Positions 49,126-58,358 of a stretch of DNA of 64,000 nucleotides are shown piece by piece (the first letter of the stretch is position 1; each line of letters opens with the position of its first letter). The notes under the pieces are model-generated. The model saw nothing but the letters and a program-made list of their open reading frames with translations. It was not told the origin of the DNA and searched no databases. The translations under genes were made by a program, and so were the position numbers. The stretch spans positions 149,372-213,371 of the forward strand of contig CAVQAL010000003.1 of NCBI GenBank assembly GCA_963710575.1, given 5' to 3'. The DNA is from an uncultured delta proteobacterium. GTDB lineage: Bacteria > Desulfobacterota > Syntrophia > Syntrophales > Smithellaceae.

Positions 49126-50709
49126 ATGAGCAAGACTGCAAAAAAATCTTTTTCTGAGAAAGAGCGCAATTTGAGTATTCACAGTTATGAAGAATTGGCC
49201 GCATTGCACGCGATAGCTAAAATTCTAGCTCAGCCTCAAGACCTGCGCGACCAACTGGAGCTCGTCCTGCAGGAAATGAGCTCCCGTCTAGGCATGAAGC
49301 GGGGCATGATTTCGCTTCTGGACAGGGAAAAAAAAGAGGCATGGCTCGATATTGCTCATGATGTCAATATTGAAGGAATGGATGTAACCTACAAGCCTGG
49401 CGAAGGTATCACTGGCAAAGTGGCGGAAACAGGCCGCCCCATGGCTGTGGCTAATCTTGGTCAGGCTACTCACTTTTTAGATCGCACCGGCGCCCGCCGT
49501 CATTTAAACAGATCGGAGTTGGCTTTTCTTTGTGTTCCCATTATTTATGATGATAATGTTGTTGGAGTTTTATCAGGTGATAAAGTAGCCTTGGAAGTGG
49601 AAAATCTGGATCGCGAACTGGCCATGCTCTCCTCTGTAGCCGAGCTTATGGCTAAGGCTGTACATATCAGGGGTCTGGAAGAAGAAAACGAAAGGCTAAG
49701 AAAAATTGTCGGCAGTGCGCGCACACCTTCAATAGATATTATCGGCCATTCCAAACCGATGCAGGAAGTGTTCGGTCTGGTGGCTCAGGTATCCGATTCC
49801 AATACGACCGTCTTAATCACCGGTGAAACAGGAACAGGTAAGGAACTGATCGCCAGAGCTATCCATATGAACTCTCCACGACACAAAGGGCCGATGGTGC
49901 AGGTTAATTGTGCGGCTATTCCGGATACACTGATTGAAAGCGAGCTCTTTGGTCATGAAAGGGGGGCTTTTACAGGAGCGCTGCATCAACGCCGGGGGCG
50001 TTTTGAAGAAGCTAATGGCGGCACAATTTTTCTGGATGAAGTAGGCGAGCTTTCCGCTGCCGCCCAAGTAAAGCTTTTGCGCGTTTTGCAGGAAAAAAGG
50101 TTTCAGCCTCTTGGTTCTTCGCGGATTATAAATGTTAATGTCCGCATTATTGCGGCAACAAACAGAGATTTAGAACAAGACATTGTGGCAGAACGTTTTC
50201 GTGCCGATTTATTTTATCGTTTGAATGTTTTCCCTATTTATTTGCCTGCTTTGCGCGAACGGGGCAGCGACATCATTCTTTTGGCGGATCATTTTATTTT
50301 GAAATACAGCAAGGAAATGGGGAAAAATGTCAAAAAAATTTCTACTGCAGCAATAGAAGTATTTCTATCTCACAAATGGCCGGGTAATGTGCGTGAACTG
50401 GAAAACTGCATTGAAAGAGCTGTTCTGCTCTCGCATACCGATACTATTGATTCTTTTCATTTGCCACCGTCTTTACATGTAAGAGAAACTAAAGTGGAGA
50501 AGAAGGAACACAGCAAACTATCTTCTGTTGTCGAAGCGCAGGAAAGATCTTTAATTATTGATACGTTAGAAGCAACCGGTGGGAATCAAACAAAGGCCGC
50601 CAAAGTTTTGGGGACAACAAAACGTATTATGCAATATAAAATCACTAAACTGGGGATTAATCCTAAACTTTTTCGCAAGAAAAATAAAGACGCCGGAGAA
50701 ATCGAGTAA
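49126..50709 (+). CDS. sigma54-dependent transcriptional activator (GAF + AAA+ + Fis-type HTH; NifA-like architecture)
   Basis: A GAF-like N-terminus is present (..[19 protein letters not shown]..). The AAA+ core has GETGTGKE and the GAFTGA loop (ERGAFTGA). The C-terminal HTH reads [22 protein letters not shown]. The start is ATG at 49126 or TTG at 49090. Confidence 0.92.
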   Translation: MSKTAKKSFSEKERNLSIHSYEELAALHAIAKILAQPQDLRDQLELVLQEMSSRLGMKRGMISLLDREKKEAWLDIAHDVNIEGMDVTYKPGEGITGKVAETGRPMAVANLGQATHFLDRTGARRHLNRSELAFLCVPIIYDDNVVGVLSGDKVALEVENLDRELAMLSSVAELMAKAVHIRGLEEENERLRKIVGSARTPSIDIIGHSKPMQEVFGLVAQVSDSNTTVLITGETGTGKELIARAIHMNSPRHKGPMVQVNCAAIPDTLIESELFGHERGAFTGALHQRRGRFEEANGGTIFLDEVGELSAAAQVKLLRVLQEKRFQPLGSSRIINVNVRIIAATNRDLEQDIVAERFRADLFYRLNVFPIYLPALRERGSDIILLADHFILKYSKEMGKNVKKISTAAIEVFLSHKWPGNVRELENCIERAVLLSHTDTIDSFHLPPSLHVRETKVEKKEHSKLSSVVEAQERSLIIDTLEATGGNQTKAAKVLGTTKRIMQYKITKLGINPKLFRKKNKDAGEIE

Positions 50710-50913
50710 ATATTCATGAGACTCAAGATTCAGAAACAAAGCACACGGAAGCTTGCAGGTCGAATTATCCCACCGGGCAGAGGGCAGTAAAACTCAGATA
50801 TTCCATACTCAGTACCGTAATATGTCTTAGTTGAATTGATCTTAGGAGCGAAGCGACGTAAAATTTGAAGCTCAAATATTATAGTAGACTTCATACTCTG
50901 GAGTAATAAAACT

Positions 50914-52257
50914 ATGGATACAATACTTACAAAAATACAGGAATTAGCTCTCCTGCATGACAAAATCGACCCCAAGATCGTAAAGGAAAAAAACATCAAA
51001 CTGGGACTGCGGAATGAAGACGGCTCCGGTGTTTTTGTCGGTATTACTAGCAAGGGACAGGTAATCGGTTATGAGAAAATATATCACGGTGACGGCACGG
51101 AAGCGGTGAATCCTGTTCCGGGCAAACTCTTCTATTGCGGTTATGATGTAGAGGACATTATCCGCCAAAAAAAGCAAGATCATCGATTTGGTTTTGAAGA
51201 AACTGTTTATCTTCTGTTAACCGGTGAGCTACCTGATCGAAAGGATTTGAACGCCTTTTCACAATCCCTTGCCAAACGTCGCCCTCTTCCTAACGAAGTC
51301 AAGAAAATGATAAAAAACCATCCTCCCCACGACGATCAAATGGGATCTTTACATACGATCGTTTCTGCCATGCATATTTTCGATAAAGATCCCAATTCCA
51401 CTAATATAAATGATGTGATTCTGCAATGCGTTGACCTCATCGCCAAATTCCCGACCATTATCGCTTACAACTATCTAGCCGTGAAAATGAAAAGACGGGA
51501 ACGGCTGGTACTTCCGGAGCCGTCTTCGGATATGAGTATTGCTGAAACTTTTTTGTATCTGCTCAAGGGAAATACGGCCAGCAGGTCTGTAGCAGAGCTT
51601 TTTGATACAATGCTTATATTTCACGCTGAGCACGGAGGAGGAAACAACTCCACATTTTCCACTCGGTGTGTTTCCTCTGCCGGTGCCAACACCTATATGG
51701 CTATATGCGCCGGAATAGGTTCGCTCTCCGGTCACTTACACGGAGGTGCAAACGTAGCTGTCATGAACATGATTGACGACATCAAAAATAAAGTAAAAAA
51801 CTGGGAAAGCGATGTGCAGGTAAGCGATTACCTCATGAAGATTCTAAATAAAGAGGCCGGCGACAAATCTGGAACAATTTACGGAATCGGTCATGCCGTT
51901 TATACCGTATCGGACCCCCGAGCAATGTATATAGAAAATCAAGCGGGAGAACTTGCGCAATCAACCGGCCGGTTGGATGAATTCAACCTGCTAAAAAAAA
52001 TAGCGCTTATCGCGCCGATTTTAGTTAAAGAAAAGAAACGCAAAACAGTTTGCACGAATGTGGATTTTTATTCGGGATTTGTTTATGAATGCATGGGGAT
52101 ACCCCGGGAACTTTTTACGCCGATTTTTGCACTTGCACGAGTTGTCGGCTGGTCTGCCCACCGGATCGAAGAAATCGTGCAGGGACGGATTATCCGTCCA
52201 TCCTATGTCACTTCATTAAAGGCAAAGAAGAGCTACATTGCCTTGAAAAAGCGTTGA
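50914..52257 (+). CDS. citrate synthase family protein
   Basis: 447 aa with ..LIFHAEHGGGNNSTF.., ..GIGHAVYTVSDPRA.. and ..NVDFYSG.. (catalytic His/His/Asp contexts). Confidence 0.9.
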   Translation: MDTILTKIQELALLHDKIDPKIVKEKNIKLGLRNEDGSGVFVGITSKGQVIGYEKIYHGDGTEAVNPVPGKLFYCGYDVEDIIRQKKQDHRFGFEETVYLLLTGELPDRKDLNAFSQSLAKRRPLPNEVKKMIKNHPPHDDQMGSLHTIVSAMHIFDKDPNSTNINDVILQCVDLIAKFPTIIAYNYLAVKMKRRERLVLPEPSSDMSIAETFLYLLKGNTASRSVAELFDTMLIFHAEHGGGNNSTFSTRCVSSAGANTYMAICAGIGSLSGHLHGGANVAVMNMIDDIKNKVKNWESDVQVSDYLMKILNKEAGDKSGTIYGIGHAVYTVSDPRAMYIENQAGELAQSTGRLDEFNLLKKIALIAPILVKEKKRKTVCTNVDFYSGFVYECMGIPRELFTPIFALARVVGWSAHRIEEIVQGRIIRPSYVTSLKAKKSYIALKKR

Positions 52258-52696
52258 CACTATTCACAGAAATGAACTCTACAGCAAGAACAGGTCATAT
52301 TTATTGGAAATTTATAGGAATAACGATATTAGAAATCAACAAAATAAGAAAAATCCTTAAAAGCAAAAGCTTGTTTAAAGCATAGCGAAACTATTTGATA
52401 ATAATAATTGGTTAACTACCTGTAATTTTATATTGAAGGGTTAACAATAATTGCTTTTAGCATACTTTTGTAACAAAATGCTTTAAGGAGTTAGTGAAAA
52501 GTTCTAAATAATGGTAAATCATGAAAAAACTCCACCGCTTCTCAAAGAATTCTATTTCATTATAAATCCACGAGAAACAACGCATCAATCTCAACTTGCA
52601 AAACTCATAGAATTCACTGGAAATTATCATTCCAGAAGGCAAAGCAATCGGTGTTGGTTAAATTTATTATATAGATTATTGTTTTTCTGTTTAAAT

Positions 52697-52770
52697 TGAG
52701 GGGTCGTCTAAAGGTAGGACAACAGGTTCTGGCCCTGTGAATCGAGGTTCGAGTCCTTGCCCCTCAGCCA
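52697..52770 (+). tRNA. tRNA-Gln (anticodon CTG)
   Basis: Hand fold: TGAGGGG-TC-GTC-TAAAGGTAG-GAC-A-ACAGG-TTCTGGC-CCTGT-GAAT-CGAGG-TTCGAGT-CCTTG-CCCCTCA-G-CCA. The U1:A72 pair is typical of tRNA-Gln. Confidence 0.9.
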
Positions 52771-53410
52771 CATAATTCATTAAATGTTAATGAGTGCCAT
52801 TTGAAAAACTATAAATAATAGTTGAGACAAAAAGAAGAAAATATAAATGAAGAAAAAAGGAAAATATTTACACGCATACTACTTAGTAACGTTCCGTTTG
52901 AAAAATTTGGTAGCATTGCACTTTGTTTTGAAGTGGCCAGATATTAATAACCCGTAAAAAATTTTTCGATTCATCAGAGTTACTTGATCTGAAAGAAATA
53001 GATTTGCTCTTGGTTATGGATTGTCCGGTGAATGAAAATGATAAAAATGAAGATAAGTTTCCGCAACTTGTTTCTGGAAAGCAATTCATTTACAAAGCCA
53101 CCAATTTCTTATGACCTGTCTTAGGCCTTTGTCGTGATGCGCAGCTTATTGCCAGTGCCACATACACCAAGATGTATTGCAATACCATGAAGAAGATTGG
53201 AAGGTTTCCAATCTTTGAAATTTAATTACGATAGTTTACTTTTTGTATTCAAGCCACCAGTTAAAGTATTTCAATGTCATGGTGAGACATTTCTTGTTTG
53301 TTACCAAAAGATGTCATAAACTTACTGAGATACGGATTTCGAAAAGATGAACATGACTTCTTGTAACGATTTGTGAGATATTTTAGGTATATTCCATAAA
53401 GATTAAAAAT

Positions 53411-53730
53411 ATTAGTTGCTATTAGCACAATTTTTTTATAACAAAACTTCCTAAGATTCTTTGAGCCTTATATGAGCAGAATTTTGAGAAAACTATTTGC
53501 CAGGAAAGATACGACCTTAGAGAAGAGGTGAATATACCTTATACACCCGGCTTCCATAAATGGCCGGACAACGTGTGGAAATTGGAAAATTGCATTAAGC
53601 AAGATGTTTTATTATCAAAGACTAATACTATAGATTGCCAGCATCTTTCATCTTCATTGCAAATAGCGGAAAAGGAAATTGAGAAATAAAGATAAAAATG
53701 CTTTCTTCTGTTGTTGAAATTTAAGAAAAA
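53411..53730 (+). pseudogene. internally deleted, degenerate copy of the sigma54 activator gene (5' leader/N-terminus fused to the C-terminal part)
   Basis: 53411-53515 aligns by eye with 49071-49175 (gctattagcacaatt..tatgagca..). 53550-53730 aligns with 50377-50560 (aaatggccgg..gaaaa(y)tgcatt..cttctgttgt). The GAF and AAA+ parts are missing and stops are present. Confidence 0.75.
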
Positions 53731-53858
53731 GTTTAAATTATTTTATCATTCTTTTAAAAAGAACAAATTTGTACTTTTAAAAAAGGGAAATGGGTTTTTT
53801 GATAGCGTAAACAATTAAAAATGAAGAGTTTACAATGATGTAACTTATTTTGTACAAT

Positions 53859-53874
53859 TGGCATGGATCTGGCA
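53859..53874 (+). promoter_or_regulatory. sigma54 (-24/-12) promoter for the mvhD-metF-glt-hdr operon
   Basis: TGGCATGGATCTGGCA. GG at -24 and GC at -12 have exact consensus spacing. It lies 152 nt upstream of the first CDS, with a sigma54 activator encoded 3 kb upstream. Confidence 0.65.
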
Positions 53875-53964
53875 GTAAATATTACCCCTCATGATCTTGT
53901 TATGATCAGGATGGAAAGAATTTTTGGATGATTTATCAAAATATGTATCGTTTGTTTACCGAAA

Positions 53965-53991
53965 CTATGGATGAGATGCTTTCATCCATAG
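53965..53991 (+). promoter_or_regulatory. perfect 10-bp stem-loop in the operon 5' UTR
   Basis: CTATGGATGA-gatgctt-TCATCCATAG followed by TTTGTG. It lies between the sigma54 promoter and the mvhD start. Confidence 0.4.
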
Positions 53992-54025
53992 TTTGTGATA
54001 AATTATAGTGATTTCATGAAAGAAG

Positions 54026-54457
54026 GTGTTACAACTGAATATTCAAATTCCTAAAATATATCTCTTCCATTGTGCAACAAGCTACGATCAAGAAGAATTG
54101 TTGAAAAGTTATTCCCCGAAGGCCATTGAAATTAAAGTAGTATCCTTGCCCTGTTCTGGAAAACTGGACATTCTTTACCTCACTAAAGCATTTGATACCG
54201 GTGTGGATGGTGCCGCCATTCTGATATGCAAAGAAGGCGAATGTCGTTACATGGAAGGTAATATGCGCGCCAGAAAACGGGTACAAGCCGTCGACGAATT
54301 ACTGGAAGAAGCCGGACTCGGAAAAGGCCGGACTAAAATAATTCAGATGGGCGACAAGGGTATAACAGGGGCCATCCATGAGTTAGAAGATTTCTTACTT
54401 CAAATAAAGACAATGGTTGAAAATGCTCCGTCTTTGCCAACATCGCAGACGGAATAG
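54026..54457 (+). CDS. mvhD: MvhD/FlpD-like protein (methyl-viologen-reducing hydrogenase delta-subunit family)
   Basis: ..IYLFHCATSY....VSLPCSGKLDILYLTKAFDTGVDGAAILICKEGECRY.. is the MvhD cysteine pattern. It uses a GTG start. Confidence 0.85.
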   Translation: MLQLNIQIPKIYLFHCATSYDQEELLKSYSPKAIEIKVVSLPCSGKLDILYLTKAFDTGVDGAAILICKEGECRYMEGNMRARKRVQAVDELLEEAGLGKGRTKIIQMGDKGITGAIHELEDFLLQIKTMVENAPSLPTSQTE

Positions 54458-54492
54458 TTTTTCATTAGTCTATGACAGAAGGAGTACAGGGT

Positions 54493-55384
54493 ATGAAACC
54501 TGATAGTAAATTAGCGTTTAAAATCAGCGGTAAAGAGTTTATTGTCACTGCCGAGTATTTGCCTGTTGCCGGTACCGGGTTAACGATTGATCCTAAAATA
54601 TTCGGTAGCGGTGTGACAGCAGTAAACGTAGCTGATAATCATTATGGTGTATCCATTTCCAGTCTGGCAGCCTCTTTCGCGTTGAGTCAGACGGGTATAG
54701 AACCGGTATTTCAAATTATAACAAGAGACCGCAATCGCATTGCGCTGCAGTCCGATCTGCTTGGGAGCCGCTTCTCTCGGTATTAAAAACGTATTGTGCC
54801 TCTCCGGTTTTCACCAGACTCTCATCGGTTGCAATGAATCAGCCAATGTCTTTGATATTGATTCCATTCAGCTAATCGATATGGTTAGAAAGATGAACAA
54901 TGGCGAGTTAATGGACGGTTCAAAAATCCAAGGGAATTTCGGTATGCTGATAGGTGCTGCTGCTAATCCGGATTTGAAGCCGATCGAATTGAATATTTTA
55001 AGGTTAAATAAAAAAATAGCCGCAGGTGCCAATTTTATTCAAACTCAACCTGTATTTGATGTTGATGTATTTAAAATCTGGCTGGAAGCCGTTCACACTG
55101 CAGGGCTTGCCGATAAAGCAGCCATTCTTGCCGGAGTTCTGCCACTCAAGAGTGCTGCCCAAGCCAAAGAGATGATTGAGTTGCATACCGATTTTGTTAT
55201 TCCCGAAACGATCATTAACCGGTTAACGAATGCCGGTGATCCTGATGCTCAGAAAAAAGAAGGCGTTAAAATAGCCGCTGAAATTATAAAGAAGCTAAAA
55301 GATCTTCCCGGACTAAAAGGTGTCCATATTTTATCCGGTGGCAATGAATCAGCTATTAACGAATTATTAGCAGTTATATCTTAG
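54493..55384 (+). pseudogene. metF: methylenetetrahydrofolate reductase (MetF) interrupted by a 1-nt frameshift near 54763-54766
   Basis: ORF 54472-54786 ends ..RDRNRIALQSDLLGsrfsry*. ORF 54740-55384 continues in the +1 frame as ..AASLGIKNVLCLSG... Joined at cttGGGAgcc, they give a continuous MTHFR-like protein of about 297 aa. Confidence 0.8.
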
Positions 55385-55402
55385 TGATTGAGATTTAATA
55401 AA

Positions 55403-56812
55403 ATGCCCAAGAAATATCATATTGAAACCAAAAAGATTGCACCGAGATTACCGAAAAGAGGTAAATTCGGAATTGTTGATTGGCGTGAAGATTGCGCCCG
55501 GTGCAATAATTGCGTGAAAAAGGCTTGTGTGTACGACCGTTACCGGCAGGAAATGCAGTATATCAAAGATCTGGATGAATTTAATGCCATGTTCTTTGAA
55601 TGCATGGGTTGTTTTTCCTGCGTGCAGAAATGTACGAAGGGTCTACTGGCTCTAACCGTAAATCCCGAATACGAACGCATGGGCAATGGTTATTTTACAC
55701 CGGATATTATTCTGACGACTTGGAATCAAGCGGAAACCGCCGGCATTCCTGTTTCCGGTGCCGGATATCGCGGTAAGTTTACAGGTGCCGGATTTGATTC
55801 CATGTGGACGGACATGTCTGAAATTGTCCGTCCGACTCGCGACGGAATTCATGGGCGTGAATACATCAGCACTTCTGTTGATATCGGAAGAAAACCGAAA
55901 TTACTTTCGTTTGAAAACAACGAACTGGCTACTATATTACCACCACTGGTAGATCTGCCGGTTCCGATAATAATTGATATGTTCCCTGAGAAATATCACT
56001 TCCCCAATCTCATACCAATGTTATTGGCTGTTGCCGTTAAAACCGGCACAATGATGATTGTTGATTGGAAACATCACCATCTTTTAGGAGCCTATGAACA
56101 TAATCATTTATCGAATATCATTTTTTATCTTGATAAAGAAACGCCGCTGCCAACGCCTGATATCCTTAAAAAGTTACGCCTTATTGAAATAGCTGACAGC
56201 GATAGAATCGAACAAAGAATAAAGGAGATCAAAACCATTAATCCGGATTTGGTCGTTTCAATCAGAGTTGAACTGGATACTCGCGGTGAGCAAAGATCCA
56301 TAGAGCTTGCTCATCACCCTTGCATTGAAGTCATCCATATCGTGTCCGATATCAACGGTAATCAAACAGCAGTGGAAAAACCTAAATTTATAAAAGATAT
56401 GACCCGGACAATCCATACAACTCTTGTAAAAGAAGGTATCAGAGATGAAATCACTTTGATTGCCAGCGGCGGCATCGCTTTGGCAGAGCATATGGCCAAA
56501 GAGATAATCTGCGGCGCTGACGTCATCACAATCAATATGCCACTGCTAATTGGGCTTGAATGCCGTTTTTGCACAAACTGTCGCGATGGTTTTGCATGTC
56601 CGGCTAAGATTGAGACAATCACCGCCGAGTATGGAATCGGACGCATGACAAATTTAATTGCTGTCTGGCATGACCAACTTATCGAAGTTATGGGAGCTAT
56701 GGGAATGAGAGAAGCCCGCCGTCTGCGTGGCGAGACCGGACGTGCATTATTCTTTGAAGACCTTGAGGAGGAAACCTTTGGAAGGATTTTTGGCAAGAGA
56801 ATCAGGGCTTAA
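55403..56812 (+). CDS. ferredoxin-domain + degenerate glutamate-synthase FMN-domain paralogue
   Basis: N-terminal Cys clusters are present (CARCNNC..C, CMGCFSCVQKC). The segment ..TPDIILTTWNQAETAG.. is homologous to the next gene. The C-terminus reads ..IASGGIALAEHMAKEIICGADVITIN..ECRFCTNCRDGFACP... It lacks the QGAKPGxGG and GGxGGTGA motifs. Confidence 0.75.
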   Translation: MPKKYHIETKKIAPRLPKRGKFGIVDWREDCARCNNCVKKACVYDRYRQEMQYIKDLDEFNAMFFECMGCFSCVQKCTKGLLALTVNPEYERMGNGYFTPDIILTTWNQAETAGIPVSGAGYRGKFTGAGFDSMWTDMSEIVRPTRDGIHGREYISTSVDIGRKPKLLSFENNELATILPPLVDLPVPIIIDMFPEKYHFPNLIPMLLAVAVKTGTMMIVDWKHHHLLGAYEHNHLSNIIFYLDKETPLPTPDILKKLRLIEIADSDRIEQRIKEIKTINPDLVVSIRVELDTRGEQRSIELAHHPCIEVIHIVSDINGNQTAVEKPKFIKDMTRTIHTTLVKEGIRDEITLIASGGIALAEHMAKEIICGADVITINMPLLIGLECRFCTNCRDGFACPAKIETITAEYGIGRMTNLIAVWHDQLIEVMGAMGMREARRLRGETGRALFFEDLEEETFGRIFGKRIRA

Positions 56813-58358
56813 AGAAGTCCTGCCTGAAAATACAATAAAAACTTTGGTACCGCAGGTTGAGATAGCTCGAGAAGTCAAACCAGCACCCTCACGCTATCGC
56901 AATGAGATAGCCAAATACATTATTCGGCGCAGCAGTGATTGCAAACTCTGTGGCAAATGCGCCCAGGTTTGTCCGCGTGGCGTGCACGTATTGAAACCCG
57001 GTTATAAATTATTTTCTGCCCCGCACTTGAATGTTTGTATAGGTCCTTCCTGTCAGAAGACAGACCATTATTGTATTGACCTGTGCCCGAATAAAGCGCT
57101 TCAAATGGTCGAAAATCCGATGTTGAAGTCGATGGGTGACTATCGCTGGACACCGGATATGCTCATGGCTACCTGGAAAATGGCGGAAACCGGGGAAGCT
57201 CCATCACCTGAGTATGGCTACGACTACGAGACGGGAGCTTCTGGTGGCGGGTTCGACCGATTGAGATTCAAGTTTCCCGAAAAACCGCCCGTTGAATTAC
57301 GAGACGATGATATAGATACCAGTATTATACTGAACAGACGAAACGATGGCCGCCCACAAGTGAAAATAGATGTCCCCTGGTACGGTGGTGGAATGTCTTT
57401 CGGTTCCGTTAGTAACGTTGTCCAGCTTTCCAAGGCTCGTGCCGCCACCGCTTTCAATACCTTTACCTGTACCGGTGAAGGCGGTTACATGGAACGCATG
57501 AAACCCTACGATGATCACGTGATAACCCAAATTGCCACTGGTCTTTTCGGCGTTCGGGAAGAGACAATCCAGCGTGTGCGCATTGTTGAATTTAAATACG
57601 CCCAAGGAGCCAAGCCCGGTTTAGGAGGCCACCTTTTAGCCGATAAAGTCACTTCGGCAGTCGCCAAAATGCGTGAAACTGTTCTGGGTATTTCACTCTT
57701 TTCACCTTTCCCGTTTCATAGCGTTTACTCGATTGAAGATCATCAGAAACACATGGATTGGATTAAACACATTAATCGGCGAACCCTGATTGCCACCAAG
57801 GTCTCCACACCTAATGATGTGGATATGGTCGCTGTTGGCAGTTATTCCGCCGGTACCCATATTGTGCATCTGGATGGCGGATACGGCGGAACCGGCGCCG
57901 CGCCTGATATTGCCAAGAAGAATATCGCAATGCCCATCGAATATGCTATCGTTAAAGTCCATCGTTTCCTGGAACAGGAAGGTATTCGTGACAAGGTAAC
58001 GCTGATTGTTAGCGGCGGCTTGCGGACACCTCATGACATTGCAAAAGCAATCGCCTTAGGTGCTGACGGTGTTGTCGTTGGTACTTCCGAACTGGTTGCG
58101 CTGGGTTGCATCAGATGTTCACGCTGTGAAAGCGGTCGCGGCTGTCCGCGCGGCATTGCTACGACCGATCCCGAACTGGCGAAGGATATTGATCTTGACT
58201 GGGGTACACAGCGCGTTATCAATTTGTATTCTGCCTGGCGAAAAGAACTTGTCGATATATTGAAACGGTTAGGACTGCGTAGCGTGAGTGAGTTGCGTGG
58301 GCGTACCGATCTTCTGATGCACCTTGATTATACGAATGATTCGGAGACCCATGCATGA
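56778..58358 (+). CDS. ferredoxin-domain + glutamate synthase FMN-binding domain protein (archaeal-type GltB core)
   Basis: CKLCGKCAQVCP.. is a 4Fe-4S motif. GGGMSFGSVS, KYAQGAKPGLGGHL, LDGGYGGTGAAP, VSGGLRTPHDIAKAIALGADGV and GCIRCSRCESGRGCPRGIATTD are all present. A TTG start at 56778 lies 6 nt after a GAGGAGG Shine-Dalgarno, and the ORF-track start at 56727 is also possible. Confidence 0.88.
   Translation: MEGFLARESGLKEVLPENTIKTLVPQVEIAREVKPAPSRYRNEIAKYIIRRSSDCKLCGKCAQVCPRGVHVLKPGYKLFSAPHLNVCIGPSCQKTDHYCIDLCPNKALQMVENPMLKSMGDYRWTPDMLMATWKMAETGEAPSPEYGYDYETGASGGGFDRLRFKFPEKPPVELRDDDIDTSIILNRRNDGRPQVKIDVPWYGGGMSFGSVSNVVQLSKARAATAFNTFTCTGEGGYMERMKPYDDHVITQIATGLFGVREETIQRVRIVEFKYAQGAKPGLGGHLLADKVTSAVAKMRETVLGISLFSPFPFHSVYSIEDHQKHMDWIKHINRRTLIATKVSTPNDVDMVAVGSYSAGTHIVHLDGGYGGTGAAPDIAKKNIAMPIEYAIVKVHRFLEQEGIRDKVTLIVSGGLRTPHDIAKAIALGADGVVVGTSELVALGCIRCSRCESGRGCPRGIATTDPELAKDIDLDWGTQRVINLYSAWRKELVDILKRLGLRSVSELRGRTDLLMHLDYTNDSETHA

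Noticed and set aside
50738-50758. GCACACGGAAGCTTGCA upstream of citrate synthase was considered as a sigma54 promoter.
   Set aside because: A TTGCA element is present, but there is no GG dinucleotide at the required -24 position when aligned to TGGCAC-N5-TTGCA.
50730-53089. The small ORFs 50730-51053 (-), 52089-52385 (+), 52457-52642 (-), 52511-52699 (+) and 52883-53089 (-) were considered as genes.
   Set aside because: They overlap citrate synthase or lie in AT-rich non-coding DNA. They have no Shine-Dalgarno, their composition is skewed, and they match no family.
52771-53400. The region next to tRNA-Gln was considered as an integrated prophage or genomic island.
   Set aside because: There is no integrase and no phage-like ORFs. 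I could find no direct repeat of the tRNA 3' end downstream. Only decayed fragments are present.
54757-54770. The metF frameshift was considered as a programmed +1 ribosomal frameshift (CUU-G slip).
   Set aside because: There is no stimulatory Shine-Dalgarno-like element or in-frame stop at the site as in prfB. The shift coincides with a G homopolymer. An indel, real or technical, is the simpler explanation, so it is reported as a frameshift and not as recoding.
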